NCBI GenBank assembly: GCA_028710695.1
Contig: JAQTTP010000004.1
Span: forward strand, 30,001-62,000
Direction: 5' to 3'
DNA from: Candidatus Iainarchaeum sp.
Lineage (GTDB): Archaea > Iainarchaeota > Iainarchaeia > Iainarchaeales > 0-14-0-20-30-16
Length of the DNA: 32,000 nucleotides
The stretch's first letter is position 1. The number at the start of each line of letters is the position of its first letter. Both the position numbers and the translations under genes were made by a program. The notes under the pieces were generated by a model. It was not told the DNA's origin, did no database searches, and saw only the letters and a program-made list of their open reading frames with translations. This document shows positions 31,546 to 32,000 of the stretch, piece after piece.

Positions 31546-32000
31546 GTGAAAGCATATTTTATTGGACTTTTAGGAATCTTTTTTGTTTTATCTGCATCTT
31601 GCCTTTTTTCTGCAAGCATGTGGTATAAATTTGATGATGGCTGGGCAACAGATGGTAACGCCATTCTTAAGGTTTTTGTTGATACTGGTACTGATGGTGT
31701 GGCAAATACAGGTGTAAGTGTTGCTACTACACTAACTCTTGATAGCAATGACTGTGCTTATGCGGCAACAACTGCTGCTTATGCAGATGGTAATTATGCT
31801 AATTTTAATTTAGACTTAAATTGTGACGGCGTTTTAGATGCAAATGGTGCAGATTTAAATATAGTAATTTCAACTACTACTCCTGCTTTGTCTAAAGACT
31901 TTGAATTCTACCTTCCTGGATTCAAAGATATGGATATTAACTTTGATGTTGGTAGTTTAGATTCAGTGGTAGATATACAAACAGATTATAATCTAGTTTT
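31546..32000 (+). CDS. Secreted protein (3' partial; runs off the window), not in the ORF track
   Basis: GGAGGGG lies 6 nt upstream of the GTG. Hand translation is open to the window end: VKAYFIGLLGIFFVLSASCLFSASMWYKFDDGWATDGNAILKVFVDTGTDG... It has a signal peptide, Thr/Asp/Asn/Ala-rich composition and a DFEFYLP motif that also occurs in the S-layer-like protein (DFNFYLP). Confidence 0.6.
   Translation, partial: MKAYFIGLLGIFFVLSASCLFSASMWYKFDDGWATDGNAILKVFVDTGTDGVANTGVSVATTLTLDSNDCAYAATTAAYADGNYANFNLDLNCDGVLDANGADLNIVISTTTPALSKDFEFYLPGFKDMDINFDVGSLDSVVDIQTDYNLV

Noticed and set aside
1-32000. tRNA, rRNA or other structured RNA genes in intergenic gaps (2436-2809, 9386-9570, 16845-17001, 22159-22332, 24174-24320, 26111-26414, 31428-31545)
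   Set aside because: All gaps are strongly AT-rich. None shows GC-rich acceptor/anticodon-type helices or a GTTCRANNC T-loop box. Only short hairpins, TATA-like boxes and T-tracts were found.

Overview
AT-rich archaeal chromosomal segment. The markers are archaea-specific: L7Ae, S28e, L24e, aIF5B, S6e, aIF2-gamma, Rpo7/RpoE', Spt4, S24e, S27ae, Kae1, Pth2, SecE, Spt5, L1, P0, P1 and Nog1. Small tightly packed genes, missing cluster members (L11) and a very large envelope investment fit a reduced-genome, possibly DPANN-like or episymbiotic lineage. That lineage call is inference only. Layout: (i) 1-9.4 kb holds three consecutive envelope genes, each ending in a hairpin plus oligo-T: a 5'-partial S-layer-like protein, an 1810-aa secreted repeat protein, and a Cys-rich/Thr-rich C-terminally anchored protein. 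(ii) 9.6-10.8 kb holds a TrmB-family regulator and an RHH-RelE toxin-antitoxin pair. (iii) 10.9-16.8 kb is the conserved archaeal translation/transcription superoperon, L7Ae to S27ae. (iv) 17-19.2 kb holds a CPBP protease, Kae1 and a SAM methyltransferase. (v) 19.2-22.2 kb is a five-gene minus-strand operon, mostly uncharacterised plus Pth2, divergent from ftsZ. (vi) 22.3-26.1 kb is ftsZ-secE-spt5-L1-P0-P1, with no L11. (vii) 26.4-30.4 kb is class II (B12-dependent) ribonucleotide reductase, a cob(I)alamin adenosyltransferase and a Cys-rich M64-like lipoprotein metallopeptidase. (viii) The window ends with a Nog1-type GTPase and another 3'-partial secreted protein. I found no rRNA, tRNA, CRISPR array, transposase or integrase. 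The most unusual signal is inside the giant surface-protein gene: a 1062-bp (354-codon) super-repeat present three times, in which a 747-bp block is duplicated with zero mismatches next to clearly diverged sequence. Two short genes missing from the ORF track were found by hand: L24e (11538-11705) and SecE (23556-23717). Many ORF-track starts are GTG codons lying inside the Shine-Dalgarno GGTGAT motif, and I moved them to the downstream ATG.
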